Counted from the whole stretch's first letter, positions 36,776 to 49,121 are shown. The stretch is 63,365 nt of DNA, filler included, from Globobulimina sp. (GCA_003354225.1; 54 parts of 54 records of this genome joined end to end with filler, not necessarily neighbours in it), one strand, 5' to 3'. Made by a program: numbers and translations. The notes: generated by a model not told the origin, from the sequence alone.

Positions 36776-37282
36776 TCAATATAATTGACGCAAACGCTGT
36801 CATGGTTAAAGATTAACAGTCTCGTTTTCTATAATTAAAGATGAAAAAGAAAGAAATAAAGACTCCCTCCTCCTGGTCGATAAATTGTATACATTTGATT
36901 CTTTGTTATAACTTTGTCTTGGTTGAAAATTATAATTGAACCAAATGTATACAAAGGGGGTTGGGGGTTATCTTTTGTTAAAAAATCAGTACTTATCGGA
37001 GAGCGGTCAGCGGCATAACATATTAAAGTGATATTCTACCAATGAGCTGAATGCATATGATTTACATTTACATCTGAATGTTTTACAAATTGTCCGATGA
37101 TTTTTTCCTTTTCTAAAATTAAAAATTAAATCTAAAATTAAAATTAAAATTATAATAAAATTAACAATTATAACAAAAAAAGAATTCAATGGAACAAATT
37201 AAAGCAGAAATTCAAACACATAATAAAATAAAATAAAAAAAAAAGAATTTAAGGCAAAAGGCTTTGCTATAATATAATTTAT

Positions 37283-37521
37283 TTATGGCATTCCATGATT
37301 ACCATCATTACATTGACTGTACCATTCACAACGTTTTCGAATATCATCCCATACTAAAGGAGGTGCACCAGGCCCGGTTGCTGCACACGGTCGGGCATCA
37401 ATTAAATTGCCGTTAGAACAGGTGGCGTAAACAAATTCACTGACACACGACGCATAATCTCCATCTTCTTTATCGCTGCAATCAGAGACACAGTCTCCGC
37501 ATGGCGTTGGACACATTCTCT
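37283..37521 (-). CDS. Chitin-binding peritrophin-A (CBM14)-like domain, C-terminal fragment
   Basis: CSDKEDGDYASC..YATCSNG..RPC..LVWDDIRKRCEWYSQC. Confidence 0.7.
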
Positions 37522-37621
37522 NNNNNNNNNNNNNNNNNNNNNNNNNNNNNNNNNNNNNNNNNNNNTTAATTAATTAANNNNNNNNNNNNNNNNNNNNNNN
37601 NNNNNNNNNNNNNNNNNNNNN

Positions 37622-38693
37622 TTGCATTGTTCAATACGTTCGGCGAAGGGATTTATATTCGTCAAATCGCCAAATGTTTGAAGAAAAGCGTCCAATGCTT
37701 GTACAACAACTAACAAATGGGAATCACTAATCTTATTCACTGGGTTTAGCAACGAACAAATTGCTTCGATGGCGCCATATTCCGCTAATAAGTGCTTCTG
37801 TGCTGCGATGGCGCCGTTTACCGCATTTCAAATAGCAAAACATGCTTCGATCGATTGCGTAGTTTATCATTGATGGCATAGTTTATGATTGCTTTTATTA
37901 AACAATGCCGACACAAAATGCATTCAATTTGTTGATGCGAACCAGCCAAAATATTGCTTAATGACCACATTATTTCTCTCCTTTGTTGGCATAGAAAGTG
38001 GTCGAAAAATGATTCAATAACATCTAAATATCCATTATCTAAAATAATTTGAGTCAAATCATCATCGCAGCTCAATATATTGCCTATAAATCGGAAGCAT
38101 GGCATTATTGGCATATAAATATTATTGTTCAATGATAGAATCGCTTCCTTTTTATTTCCATTATTCGATTGATTTAAGGCAATCTCATATTTACCAACTT
38201 CAATATTCAACAACTTCATAATGATATTGATGGTTTTTGATTGCTTCACAATAAAATCACAAATGGCCTCGTTTGAATTGCTTAAATAAGTTAAAGTGTA
38301 CAAGCAATCCCTGACAATGTTCTCTTTCAACACTCCCGTTGACAAAATACGTTTTCTTAACGCATCACTGTCCGCAGAGATATTGCCTAAGCTCCAGATG
38401 GTTTGGGTTACGATCTCAACATTGCTCGAATTGCGTAATAACGAAATGAATGCTTCAATGCCACCTTATTCCACTACTTTTAAGGTATATTCTTGCGTCG
38501 ACGCACAAATATTTGTTATGATCCAAGCTGCCTCAAAGGATAAGTTCTCATTCAACTCACTCGCGGTCACAGTCACACAAAGGAGTGTAATAATTGCTAT
38601 TGTATTTTCTTTTACAATTCCATGTGTTTTGTAATCTATTCTGTTCACAAGTGTCAACATTAAAAATAACAAAACCTGACATATAAGTGACAT
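37622..38693 (-). pseudogene. Importin-alpha paralog with in-frame stop, apparent ARM-repeat deletion and frameshift
   Basis: FEAAWIITNI, VVE*GGIEAF (TAA at 38466-38468), IWSLGNI, RREIMWSLSNILAGSHQQI; frame change near 37860 to EACFAI..; FAERIEQC. Confidence 0.8.
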
Positions 38694-38843
38694 TTCNNNN
38701 NNNNNNNNNNNNNNNNNNNNNNNNNNNNNNNNNNNNNNNNTTAATTAATTAANNNNNNNNNNNNNNNNNNNNNNNNNNNNNNNNNNNNNNNNNNNNTACA
38801 GAATAAAAACAAGTAATTTTACCTTTTGTAAAGATTAAAAAAG

Positions 38844-39871
38844 ATGAAACAGATACGTTCAATAACAATAGTGATTTCAATAGTATTAGCTTCGATTAAT
38901 TTTTCTTTAGCACAAGACATATATAATATGGAATGGAGCAAGATAGAGCCTTCTCAAATTATTCCATATACAATCGATTGTTATAATACTCAGTCTAACG
39001 AAGGCCAAAAGGTACGATTAGATTCTGAAAATAATATTATTGTTGGCGGGACTTCACTTGAAAATGGACACTTTGATTTTTTGGTATTAAAATATTCAAA
39101 TAGTGGTGATTTGTTATGGAAACAATTAATTGATTTATCCAATGAAAGCAAAGACTATTTGACCGGAATTTTTGTCGATAATGATGATAATATTATTGTC
39201 ACAGGATTTAGCAAATTGAATGACAATGAGGCTCAAAGTGTCTTAATTAAATTGAACCAAGAGGGCGATGTTCTTTGGGAAAGATTTTATTCCAATGAGT
39301 ACGATTGGAGTTTCCCACAAAGCTTAACAGTTGATCTAAATGGGGACGTTTATTTGACAGGCCATATCAAAAAGAATGGGAATCCAAGTGAAATGTATGT
39401 CTGTAAATTTGATACTAATGGTGACTTCGTATGGGAAGATATATATTCGGTTGATGTTTCTGGTAGATATCTTGGGCTAACTGTAAGAATCATTGAAGAT
39501 TGGATAATCTCTTTTGGTGTTTTTTACAGTTCATTTCCTTTTGACAGAAGAGTTGTAATATTGAAGCATACGAAACTTGGAGAATTGTCACAATCAAATG
39601 AAACTTCATTTGCCGGAACATTTAATACTTATCATATTGATAATCAAGGTAATTCCTATATTGGGTTTTTTAGCGACTTTCGGATTATAAAGTATGACCT
39701 ATCAGGAAACGAGCAATGGTCATTTGAAGTTCCAACAAATCTGCCTGATAACGTACATGCTGATGAAATCCAAGAGATTATTTCCGATGAAGACAGAAAT
39801 ATTTACATTACAGGAAGACACTACGGCGAGAATTATGGGGATACACTAAACTACACGAATGGGGATTTACA
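38844..39871 (+). CDS. Bacterial secreted beta-propeller (SBBP-like repeat) protein, Bacteroidota/FCB-like
   Basis: Signal peptide ending SLA-Q; repeats VD.DGNVYLTG..KYD..G..LW; no introns. Confidence 0.75.
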
Positions 39872-39971
39872 NNNNNNNNNNNNNNNNNNNNNNNNNNNNN
39901 NNNNNNNNNNNNNNNTTAATTAATTAANNNNNNNNNNNNNNNNNNNNNNNNNNNNNNNNNNNNNNNNNNNN

Positions 39972-40906
39972 TGGTTAACTGTTTTATGTTCTGTACTGGG
40001 ATGGGTGTATTTTTTTGCGTGGTCCATCTCATTTTATCCCCAAACCATAGTAAATTTCAAACGTAAATGTGTAATCGGAATGAGTTTTGATTATATGGGC
40101 ATTTATAATTTTACAGGATTCTTATTTTATTCATTATATTCAATTGCTACATTTATTCATCACAATGGAACATCAAATGAAGACAATCCTGTCGCAATCA
40201 ATGACATTGCCTTTGCTACACATGTTAAGAATATACATTGTTATTTGTTCATAGCACAGTATAAGTTAATAATTGTTAATTACATCAGGCATTATTAATG
40301 AGCACAGTGTGTTGTATCCAAATAATTATTTTTGATCGCGGAGAGCAAAAACCATCCACATTTGCTATTATTTTAGGTTCAGCCCTTTGGCTGCTCGCAA
40401 TATATAATGCAATATTATCTTTCTTAGGAGACCCAAATATTGCATTATTGGATGCGACAATTCCATGGTTTGGCACTTTTTCAACAATATCATTTTTCGG
40501 ATATATCAAAGTGGCAGTGACTGTGGTCAAATATATCCCGCAGGTTTACATGAACTGGAGAGACAAATCTACCACAGGCTGGTCAATACATAACGTATTG
40601 TTAGACTTCACCGGCGGCACTTTATCATCGTTACAACAAATATTAACTGCATACAATACCGGCGACGTTTCCGTTGTTACCTCAAATGTACCAAAATTAA
40701 TTTTAGGAGTTCAGTCAATTATGTTTGACATTATATTTATGTTTCAACATTATGTATTTTATGGTGATAATGATTCTCCATTAAGGCAACCAAAAGAAAC
40801 ACTATTACAAAAAGAAAATAATGATATAGATAATGCCGGCACACAATGCGCATTGTCCTATGGAAAAGACCGAAAAGTGGACACAAACTTAGCACCGTGC
40901 AAATAA
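39972..40906 (+). CDS. CTNS: Cystinosin (PQ-loop lysosomal cystine transporter), intron 40224-40288
   Basis: AWSISFYPQ, NFKRKCVIGMSFD, NDIAFATH|ALL, KYIPQVYMNW, GWSIHNVLLDFTGG, DIIFMFQHY. Confidence 0.95.
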
Positions 40907-41146
40907 CTCTTTGTTCATCGATTCTAAGCATTACTGTTGTGTTATGACCATATCCAATGACAACATATCTTATTTAAATGAATTTCTGTTGATTATTCAG
41001 TTTACGACAACTGTAGATTTTATGCGGAAGGCATCCGGAATCCGTTNNNNNNNNNNNNNNNNNNNNNNNNNNNNNNNNNNNNNNNNNNNNTTAATTAATT
41101 AANNNNNNNNNNNNNNNNNNNNNNNNNNNNNNNNNNNNNNNNNNNN

Positions 41147-41323
41147 GGTATGTTGGCATAATATATAGCATGCTTCGTTTAGTGTGCAGTTTATTGTTTG
41201 ACTCGCATACTCGCTGTCTGTTGTTGTAGCTATGTTGGTAGCGTGTATTGTGTTCAATTTAGTGGAGATTAATATGTAACACAGAAGGAAATGTGTTAGG
41301 CTTGTACAATGAAACGACGTCAT
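41147..41323 (-). CDS. Secreted Cys-rich protein, N-terminus
   Basis: Signal-peptide-like leader followed by EYASQTINCTLNEACYILC. Confidence 0.5.
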
Positions 41324-41495
41324 TGTCGCTTAGTTGAGTGGTTAAAGATTTTATTTGTGCAAGGACTCGATAGGGATTTTCTAAAAAAAAATTAAAGAAA
41401 ACACCTTGAATAATGAAACACGGTAAACAATAACATTTGAAAATTAAATCATTATGTACACGAAAGGTGTATTTTGTTTGTTTTGCATCAATTTA

Positions 41496-42221
41496 TTATT
41501 GGTTGACAGGTTGCGATAGATAATTATCCAGATTTTGTGATATATAGCAACAACAACAGCAGCCATATTTGGTACAACATTGCCAATATTTTGTTGTTGA
41601 AAAAAACATGAGCCAGACGCATATGGAATTTATTAAAGTATCCCAGCATAACAACGATTCACCTTCAAAAAATACAGCAGCAAACATGTAATATAAAAAT
41701 GTTGAGGATACACTAAAAAATAAGAGAATCGTCTGTTTTTTGGTTAATTGGCATAAAGATTTTAATTGTTTATGCTCCGCGGAATCAATTTTAATTTTTG
41801 TCCCAATATCATGAGCGAGTGATTGGTATAATTTAAATAAAACATTCCAGAATAAATATAATAAATAAAATTTAAATAATAATTCAATTAGCATCAAACT
41901 CGTTTTTTGTATTAAATTATTTGTGTTTTGTATTGAATCTCTAGTACAAAATGACAATGTATTAGTTGTATTTGATATTATTATCCAATGTGAATTGGAA
42001 TCATTTTCTGATACCATCCATAAAATTATATTTAGTGTTGTTATTATTGACATTATCCAATATAAACATAAGTATGTTATTGGATTATAGGCATATTTAC
42101 TACCTTTAAATGAGATTTTTATACGTTTTATTATTACAATATAAAAAAATACATGATTTAATGTGGAAAATGTTATAGCCGAAATATATCCAAATTCGCA
42201 TTGAAATAACGTAAAATCTTG
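41496..42221 (-). CDS. Divergent 7TM GPCR-like receptor, C-terminal part
   Basis: Same family as 31796-32821 (KQTILL, DTLINSICVWLMF, Cys-rich tail). Confidence 0.7.
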   Translation of the reverse strand, partial: QDFTLFQCEFGYISAITFSTLNHVFFYIVIIKRIKISFKGSKYAYNPITYLCLYWIMSIITTLNIILWMVSENDSNSHWIIISNTTNTLSFCTRDSIQNTNNLIQKTSLMLIELLFKFYLLYLFWNVLFKLYQSLAHDIGTKIKIDSAEHKQLKSLCQLTKKQTILLFFSVSSTFLYYMFAAVFFEGESLLCWDTLINSICVWLMFFSTTKYWQCCTKYGCCCCCYISQNLDNYLSQPVNQ

Positions 42222-42454
42222 NNNNNNNNNNNNNNNNNNNNNNNNNNNNNNNNNNNNNNNNNNNNTTAATTAATTAANNNNNNNNNNNNNNNNNNNNNNN
42301 NNNNNNNNNNNNNNNNNNNNNTTTTGTGTTGTTGTGTTGTGCTTAATTCTATTTTTCGAATTGACAAAGTTAGCATTGATTTCTTAGTGTTTTGAAGAGT
42401 AAAATTAATTGTGTAGAGTCAGTGGAGTACCTTTTCTTATTTTTACCTCCATCG

Positions 42455-43396
42455 ATGGCGAGAACGAAAGAAACAGCAAGAAAATCAACAGGTGGGAGAG
42501 CACCAAGAATGCACTTTTCAACAAGATTTGCAAGAAGAGAAATGTCAAGAGCTGAGGCAGCTGCAGAAAAAGTAGAAAAAATGGCTAAAATACGTCTATC
42601 CAACAAACAAATGGCATCATGGTTAAGATTAAATCGATTAATATCGCAAAATCGTACAACAAATGAGATATTAAAAGATGCATTGCGTAATTTAATCGAA
42701 TCAAGGAGTATTGAAGAAATTTTTCTTTTTATAGCAAAGGGCGCAAAATATGAAAATGATAAAATGGAATTAATCCATGAATCTATTTCGAAACAAAAAA
42801 CAAAGCATGAAAATAAAAAAAAAGATAAAAAGAAAATTGAAGATAAAAAGAAAAAGAAAATTGAAGATAAAGATGAAAATAGAAAATTAAATGTATTTGA
42901 ATTAATACCAAATGAATGTATTTCCCATATTTGCGGTTATATAAATAAAAAAGATATAATAAAATCACTCAAACACACTTCGCGAAGACAGGCCATTGTT
43001 TGTTTCAATGAAATGAATAAATTTTAATGTAATGAGTAATTTATGTAATTTGCATGATTTTAACATAAAAAAATTAACAATAAATAACAGATATCCATCA
43101 TCAACCAAATATTATTCGTTATATGATGATTGGCACAGAAAATATAACATTCCGCCACAAAATCAATTATTATTTGATATTTCCTCAGAGAACGGTTTAA
43201 CATTCGATGCATTAAAAATGGAAACGTCACAGATTGGGATTGCACAAGAATTTTTAATATTGGATAATAGAAAAATAACTATTTTAAGCAAGGATAAACA
43301 AAGAAAATTCAATATCGAACAAGATAAATATGAAAATATTAAAAATTACGAATTAATGATTTTGGAATATTTTGATATCAAAAAGCAAACATTTAA
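42455..43396 (+). CDS. Histone-H3-tail-like N-terminus fused to coiled-coil and F-box-like region; single-base frameshift at about 43022-43025
   Basis: [18 protein letters not shown] matches H3 residues 1-17 at 15/17; no histone fold; LNVFELIPNECISHICGYI is F-box-like; removing one T joins ORF 43032-43396. Confidence 0.75.
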
Positions 43397-43513
43397 NNNN
43401 NNNNNNNNNNNNNNNNNNNNNNNNNNNNNNNNNNNNNNNNTTAATTAATTAANNNNNNNNNNNNNNNNNNNNNNNNNNNNNNNNNNNNNNNNNNNNAAAT
43501 CGAGGACAAAAGC

Positions 43514-44571
43514 ATGGTTCAAACACGTTATATGGTAAAAGTAATCAAACAAAAGAAAATTAGTGGTCTCGCATTGAGTAATTGTGCTGGTCAATCACAA
43601 ATATCACAATTATTTAACAATCAAATCCCTGATCAAACTGCAAGGATTTTGCGAATGAGATTAAATCTAGAAAAAAAAGCATGGGTTCAACGAGAAGCGA
43701 GCAAACTGAAGATTAAAAATGGTAAATGGAAACCCAGATTAGGTGAAAAAATAAGATGTATTGATACCAGATATAAAGCTGTTTCATATGAAGCGACTAT
43801 AAAAAAAGTTCAACCATATAAAATTTTTGTTCATTATAATGGTTTTCAAGAGTCTGCAGGTCAATGGGTACCAAAGAATGAATGGCAAACACGAATTACA
43901 ATCATTGAGAAATATGATATTAAGCCAAAAAAAGTACCACCAACAATGACACCGCAACAAAAAGCGGCTGAGAAACGTAGACAATTAAAAGCCGAACCCA
44001 ATGATGACTATATACTACCATTATTATTACTGACTGCATTATTGAATCAACAGCAATCACAAACCGCATTCTCAACTAAAAGTGTAGAAAAGTGGACGTG
44101 TCAAGACTTACAAGGTACGACATGATACTTTGATGATTTTCTTGAAGTAAAGTTTTTTTTTCACTTTAAGCTTGGGTTCAATCATTGGATTTACAGCGAA
44201 AAGCCAGAGTAATCGCCGCAATTAATAAACATGGTATGACTGGGCAAGATTTTGTCGCCCTTAACAGTGGCAAAGAGATATCAAATAGTTTAGAAATTGA
44301 TGAAATAACTGCAAAAGTTTTATATCGCGAACTTTGTCGCATAAAACCTAAACCACAAACACAACCAATCACAAATGTTAATGATGATCCATTAAATTCG
44401 CAACGACAATATGATGCAAAACAAAACGATGCCGTGGGATATGTAGATAATGCACCAAAGGCATGGGATATGTTTGAAGTGGGACAAAGAGTGGAAGCTT
44501 CGGATTGGAACCGTGGTCGATTGGATTGGTATGCCGCAATCATTAAAGACGTTAATAAAAGGAACAAAATG
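43514..44571 (+). CDS. Tudor-knot/chromo-barrel + SAM + Tudor/Agenet protein, intron 44115-44170
   Basis: GEKIRCID..YEATI..IFVHYNGF..QWV; splicing gives VEKWTCQDLQAWV..HGMTGQDF (SAM); FEVGQRVEA..WYAAII. Confidence 0.8.
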
Positions 44572-45846
44572 NNNNNNNNNNNNNNNNNNNNNNNNNNNNN
44601 NNNNNNNNNNNNNNNTTAATTAATTAANNNNNNNNNNNNNNNNNNNNNNNNNNNNNNNNNNNNNNNNNNNNCACCACATTTTTGAAAGGCTTGGTGCTGT
44701 TTTTTGCATTGGAGGTGGTTTTTATTTGCATATTGGCGCGGACCGCAAATAAATATATTCAACATAATGGATTATGTGTTGTTGTCGCCGTAGTCCTTTT
44801 ATATCTGGTGATGAGTGATGACAGATTGGTTTCCTCTGCAAATGGAAAGCCATTACTTGACTTTGCATCCGTAATGTTTGATGAGAGCATATCATTAAAA
44901 ACAGCTTTTCTTCTTATAAAAAGTCCGATCAATTAAAGGTGTTGGATATCGAAATCCCCATTCCCCACCATAAACAGCCAGATGTTTTGATATCATTTAT
45001 AATTTTATATAACATTTGGTGGTAGAAAGAAACTCATGTGAAAGGAAACAAAAACGAAAAGTAGTTCACATGCGACAACTGATTATTTTCATGCAGTTTC
45101 TATTTTTGTGGTGTATGATTTATCACAATTTCACCACAAATACCATCCAAAAAGAATACATGGAAAACCAAATTGTTGTTCATTAAAACCTCGTGGTATT
45201 TTTTGAGACTTTTTTTGTTTACCATTTGCTGCTATAATTAATGGGTTTTCTTCATTGTTATCAGAATCATCATTGGCTTTATATTCCATTGATATCGGTT
45301 CTTTAACCGTATCAATATCATTTCTATCCTCTTTCTTCATAGCTTCTAACTGTTTTTTTAATTTCATTATTTCCAAATCATATTTGCTTTGCATTTCTTT
45401 TAGTTTCATATCAGATTCTGCCGCCTCATTTTTCTCATCGTGATTACCACCAATTGATAATACAGACTTACTTTGTGAGGCATGATCAGATAACATACTC
45501 TCTAAAGTTCGTTGAAAACGTTATTCTAATCTCAAACGTTATGATATACTATTTTGCGACAGACATAAGAGCTTTTTAAGTAAGAGTACAGTACTAATAT
45601 GCGACAAGAGCTAGACCACAGAACGATAGCCAGAGGTGGTTCCCCCCTAGTTACACCTCACAAGGTATGCAACCAAGGACCACACCACGATTGGGCAACT
45701 TGCAGTCACCGAACACGCCTCCTTGGCTTTGAAGTTTATGGCGACGNNNNNNNNNNNNNNNNNNNNNNNNNNNNNNNNNNNNNNNNNNNNTTAATTAATT
45801 AANNNNNNNNNNNNNNNNNNNNNNNNNNNNNNNNNNNNNNNNNNNN

Positions 45847-46529
45847 TCAGAAAATATTTGACATGGCCCTCTCAATTCTTTTGAGTAATAAATGACTTTG
45901 TACTTTCTGCTAAATTCAATAAACTTTGATAACGTATTGATGCTGTAATTATATGTCGCTTTGAAACAAAATTCTGCGTCGAATATAAACAATGAATTGG
46001 ATTTATTTGCAATATCTATGATTTCTTGTATTTGTTTGATGTTACAATTCGATACCGGTTTAAAATAACATTGTCTTCCCGTTCTATTTTGACATTGATT
46101 TGGAATGGATTGGCCATTGCTGTTTGGCAAATATCTGTAATATCCATTTGGAGCGAATAGAAATTTGCGATGCATTGCCAGAGATAATGTGAATTGAAGA
46201 ATGTGATGATTGTCTAATGCGGAAAACAAGCCCCACGCAAACTTGTTATCTTCGAATATATAATATTGCATTTCTTCAGTTCCATCCTTGTTAATTTGAC
46301 ACATATCATTTATAAATTGTAGCTCATAAATATCTCGTATCATATTAAAGTATTTCCTCATATCTAATGGATGCGACAGTGGACAGAATAATGATCCAAT
46401 AAAATCCTCAAAACTGATTGCTGCCATTTGCAACAATATTGTCTCCATATTGTTAACCACCAAAAATACGTCTGTGTCAATACGATTAATGGCAATAAAC
46501 ATTTCTGTGATCATGGCGAACAAATACAA
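45847..46529 (-). CDS. Alpha-1,6-fucosyltransferase (GT23/FUT8)-like fragment
   Basis: IYELQF..C, WGLFSAL..H..LSLAMHRKF, QCYFKPVSNC resemble the FUT8 N-terminal catalytic region. Confidence 0.55.
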
Positions 46530-47021
46530 CTTGACAGAACCATACTTTGTTTGCTGACCGTGTCACTGTCATGTTTCTGATGTTTGTCTCATAAAAAACT
46601 TCACTGCATTCCTATTAAAACCTTTAATTGCAGCCTTCAATCCATTATTCTTATTGGAAGTAGTTATGTTTTATGTTTATTTACCAAACACACAGCAATC
46701 AAAACAATATTGTATTCTGTACACATAGGTATCGATCATGGCGGCGCCTGCGTTAGGATTAGTAGTGCAACAAATCAGTGCGGCGACCAAAGGCAGATTG
46801 GACGCATTGTATAATAATGCCGCTCCTGCTTGGGACCCAGACTCGGAAACCGCCGCCAAACGGATCCTTGAATGCTGTCCAAGATGCAAACCATCACAAC
46901 CCATCATCGACAAGATGGAAGNNNNNNNNNNNNNNNNNNNNNNNNNNNNNNNNNNNNNNNNNNNNTTAATTAATTAANNNNNNNNNNNNNNNNNNNNNNN
47001 NNNNNNNNNNNNNNNNNNNNN

Positions 47022-47280
47022 GTGTTTCTATAATGTTGTTCCCTGTTACATAAATGCAATCTGCGGTAACATAATCCTCAATCGAATTTGTTCCAGCACC
47101 TCCACCCAAAGATTTGAGCATTGCAGCAACAGTTGAAGCATGACATAATCGAGCACAGTTATCAATATTATTAGTGCCAATCACATCTCTTAATAGTCTT
47201 TGAAAGATATAATTATCTTCGTTAGAGCATTTTGCTGAGGCGTATCCTGCTATAGAATCAGAACCATATTTATTCTTTGT
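47022..47280 (-). CDS. fdhA: Prokaryotic formate dehydrogenase alpha (FdhF/FdhA-type molybdopterin) fragment in a chimeric contig
   Basis: KYGSDSIAGYASAKCSNEDNYIFQRL..IGTNNIDNCARLCHASTVA..GGGAGTNS. Confidence 0.88.
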
Positions 47281-48239
47281 TTGGAAATATTATATATGGT
47301 GATTTGCTTGAACTCATCACTACTTACTATTATTCCAGTTTTGTTCGTCGTTTAAAAAGTGAGACCGTGATCTCAAAAGCCAAAGTTAAAAACTTTTTTA
47401 TATGTGACTGAACCAGAAAATGTACATGTATGATGTACTCGATTATCGGATTCATTCGTTTTTTCGTTGTTATAATATTAAAGAAGTGATTTTATTATTG
47501 ATAAATTTGCACAAAACAAATGACAGCAAAAAGCAGACAAATGGACTCATGGAATACTGCAGATAGTTTATTAATGAATCAAGCTTCAGATTTATGTGAA
47601 TGTGGAAACACAAAAAAAAAACGTGTACAGTGTTAGAGAGTCGACATTTAATGTCGACAAGGTATTTAATGGTATTATATGACGATTATATCATATTTTA
47701 GCTGTAAAATTATACAGTGTTTACCGATTTTTGCACAGTATTTTGTGCAGCATTTCGATTGTTAAATAAAACATGAAATGATTGGTTTTGAGAAAGAACA
47801 TATTTTGGCTGCAGTACGTTGATAAAAGCAACAAATATATGACAATGCCTCATGGGAAAATTGAATCTATTAAATATATTTCAGATGGCTTTGTTGCTTT
47901 GAAAAATGAAAAGGTTAATGCGTTGTTAGCTAACATTTTAGCGCATAGACTTTTGCAATCAAAATTATAATTGCTTTTGACACAGTTGACTTTTTAGGTT
48001 CACACTTCTAAACACTTTTTGTGATTGATTATATTGACTAAACGATATATTCCAAAAGATAACCCCCCCCCCTTGTATACATTTGTTCAATTATAANNNN
48101 NNNNNNNNNNNNNNNNNNNNNNNNNNNNNNNNNNNNNNNNTTAATTAATTAANNNNNNNNNNNNNNNNNNNNNNNNNNNNNNNNNNNNNNNNNNNNCACG
48201 CACATTTATTAGATAATGGCTAAAAAACAGTAACACTTT

Positions 48240-49121
48240 TTATAATAAATCAGCCGTTTCATGTCCTTTAGTACCGTTTTTAGTTGGACTAAATCCAGAA
48301 TCCGTTGATTGAACACGTGTATGTCCATCCATATGATTTCCTGGCATTGAATTTTTACTTCTAAGTTTATAACAATAAACGCAACAGAAAAAAAATCCAG
48401 CTAAAATGACTAACACAGTGAGTAGAATTGCAATATCCATCCATACCCACTCATCAATATTGTTTCTATCATTTCCTTCTTCGTTTCCGTATACACACTG
48501 TGCAGTTACTGCGGCACCTTTTAACTCAATAAAAGCCACACTCGAATCCGTATGTTGTATTGGTAAAGAATCATTTTGTAAGTTCCCAAATGCCCAAAAT
48601 AATGGATTTATGCCTTGCATAAATTGATAAAAATCTTCACTATCTCCAGTCGCATAATCCCTGTAACAAATAACTGTTTGTATACAATTCTCAATGCTCA
48701 CAGTACAATTTCTCAAATCTTGGCTCGTTTGTGCCTGCGGGAAAACACCTGCTTCCAATGTGCTTTCATATGTTTGTTGATATCCATCAGGGATTTCGCC
48801 AACAAAAGTTATGATGGCATATCCATTCATTTCAGAAGAGCTACCAATGCCAATTCCAAACCACATGTTGCCACAACCTGGTGAGACAAGCGTGAATTTG
48901 ACATTTTCGCAGGCGGAGTCAATTAGAATCTCAAAGGCTAACAATAAATCTAACTGTCTGTTGTACCGCGCCCACTCACCATATAATGCATATTCGTCTG
49001 TTATATATGGATCAAAGCTCACGTTTTTGTCGCTAAAATGATAACTACAGTCTTGATAGCCACCTAATATCACATTAATGGAAATGATTGACCACAAAAA
49101 CGAAAGCTTAAATGGTAACAT
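48240..49121 (-). CDS. Type I membrane protein with DOMON domain
   Basis: Signal peptide; WFGIGIG..M.GYAII, CYRDYATGD, FWAFG..QH; single TM helix. Confidence 0.75.
   Translation of the reverse strand: MLPFKLSFLWSIISINVILGGYQDCSYHFSDKNVSFDPYITDEYALYGEWARYNRQLDLLLAFEILIDSACENVKFTLVSPGCGNMWFGIGIGSSSEMNGYAIITFVGEIPDGYQQTYESTLEAGVFPQAQTSQDLRNCTVSIENCIQTVICYRDYATGDSEDFYQFMQGINPLFWAFGNLQNDSLPIQHTDSSVAFIELKGAAVTAQCVYGNEEGNDRNNIDEWVWMDIAILLTVLVILAGFFFCCVYCYKLRSKNSMPGNHMDGHTRVQSTDSGFSPTKNGTKGHETADLL

Noticed and set aside
38466-38468. TAA reassignment (ciliate-like genetic code)
   Set aside because: TAA ends conserved genes normally (G-alpha 3825-3827, ARL1 53719-53721), and this gene has other lesions
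42455-43027. Canonical histone H3 or CENP-A gene
   Set aside because: No histone fold (no YRPG/EIR/LLI..PF motifs) follows the tail
42322-44571. H3-tail mimic plus Tudor reader as a linked two-gene system
   Set aside because: Separated by an artificial linker; adjacency is coincidental
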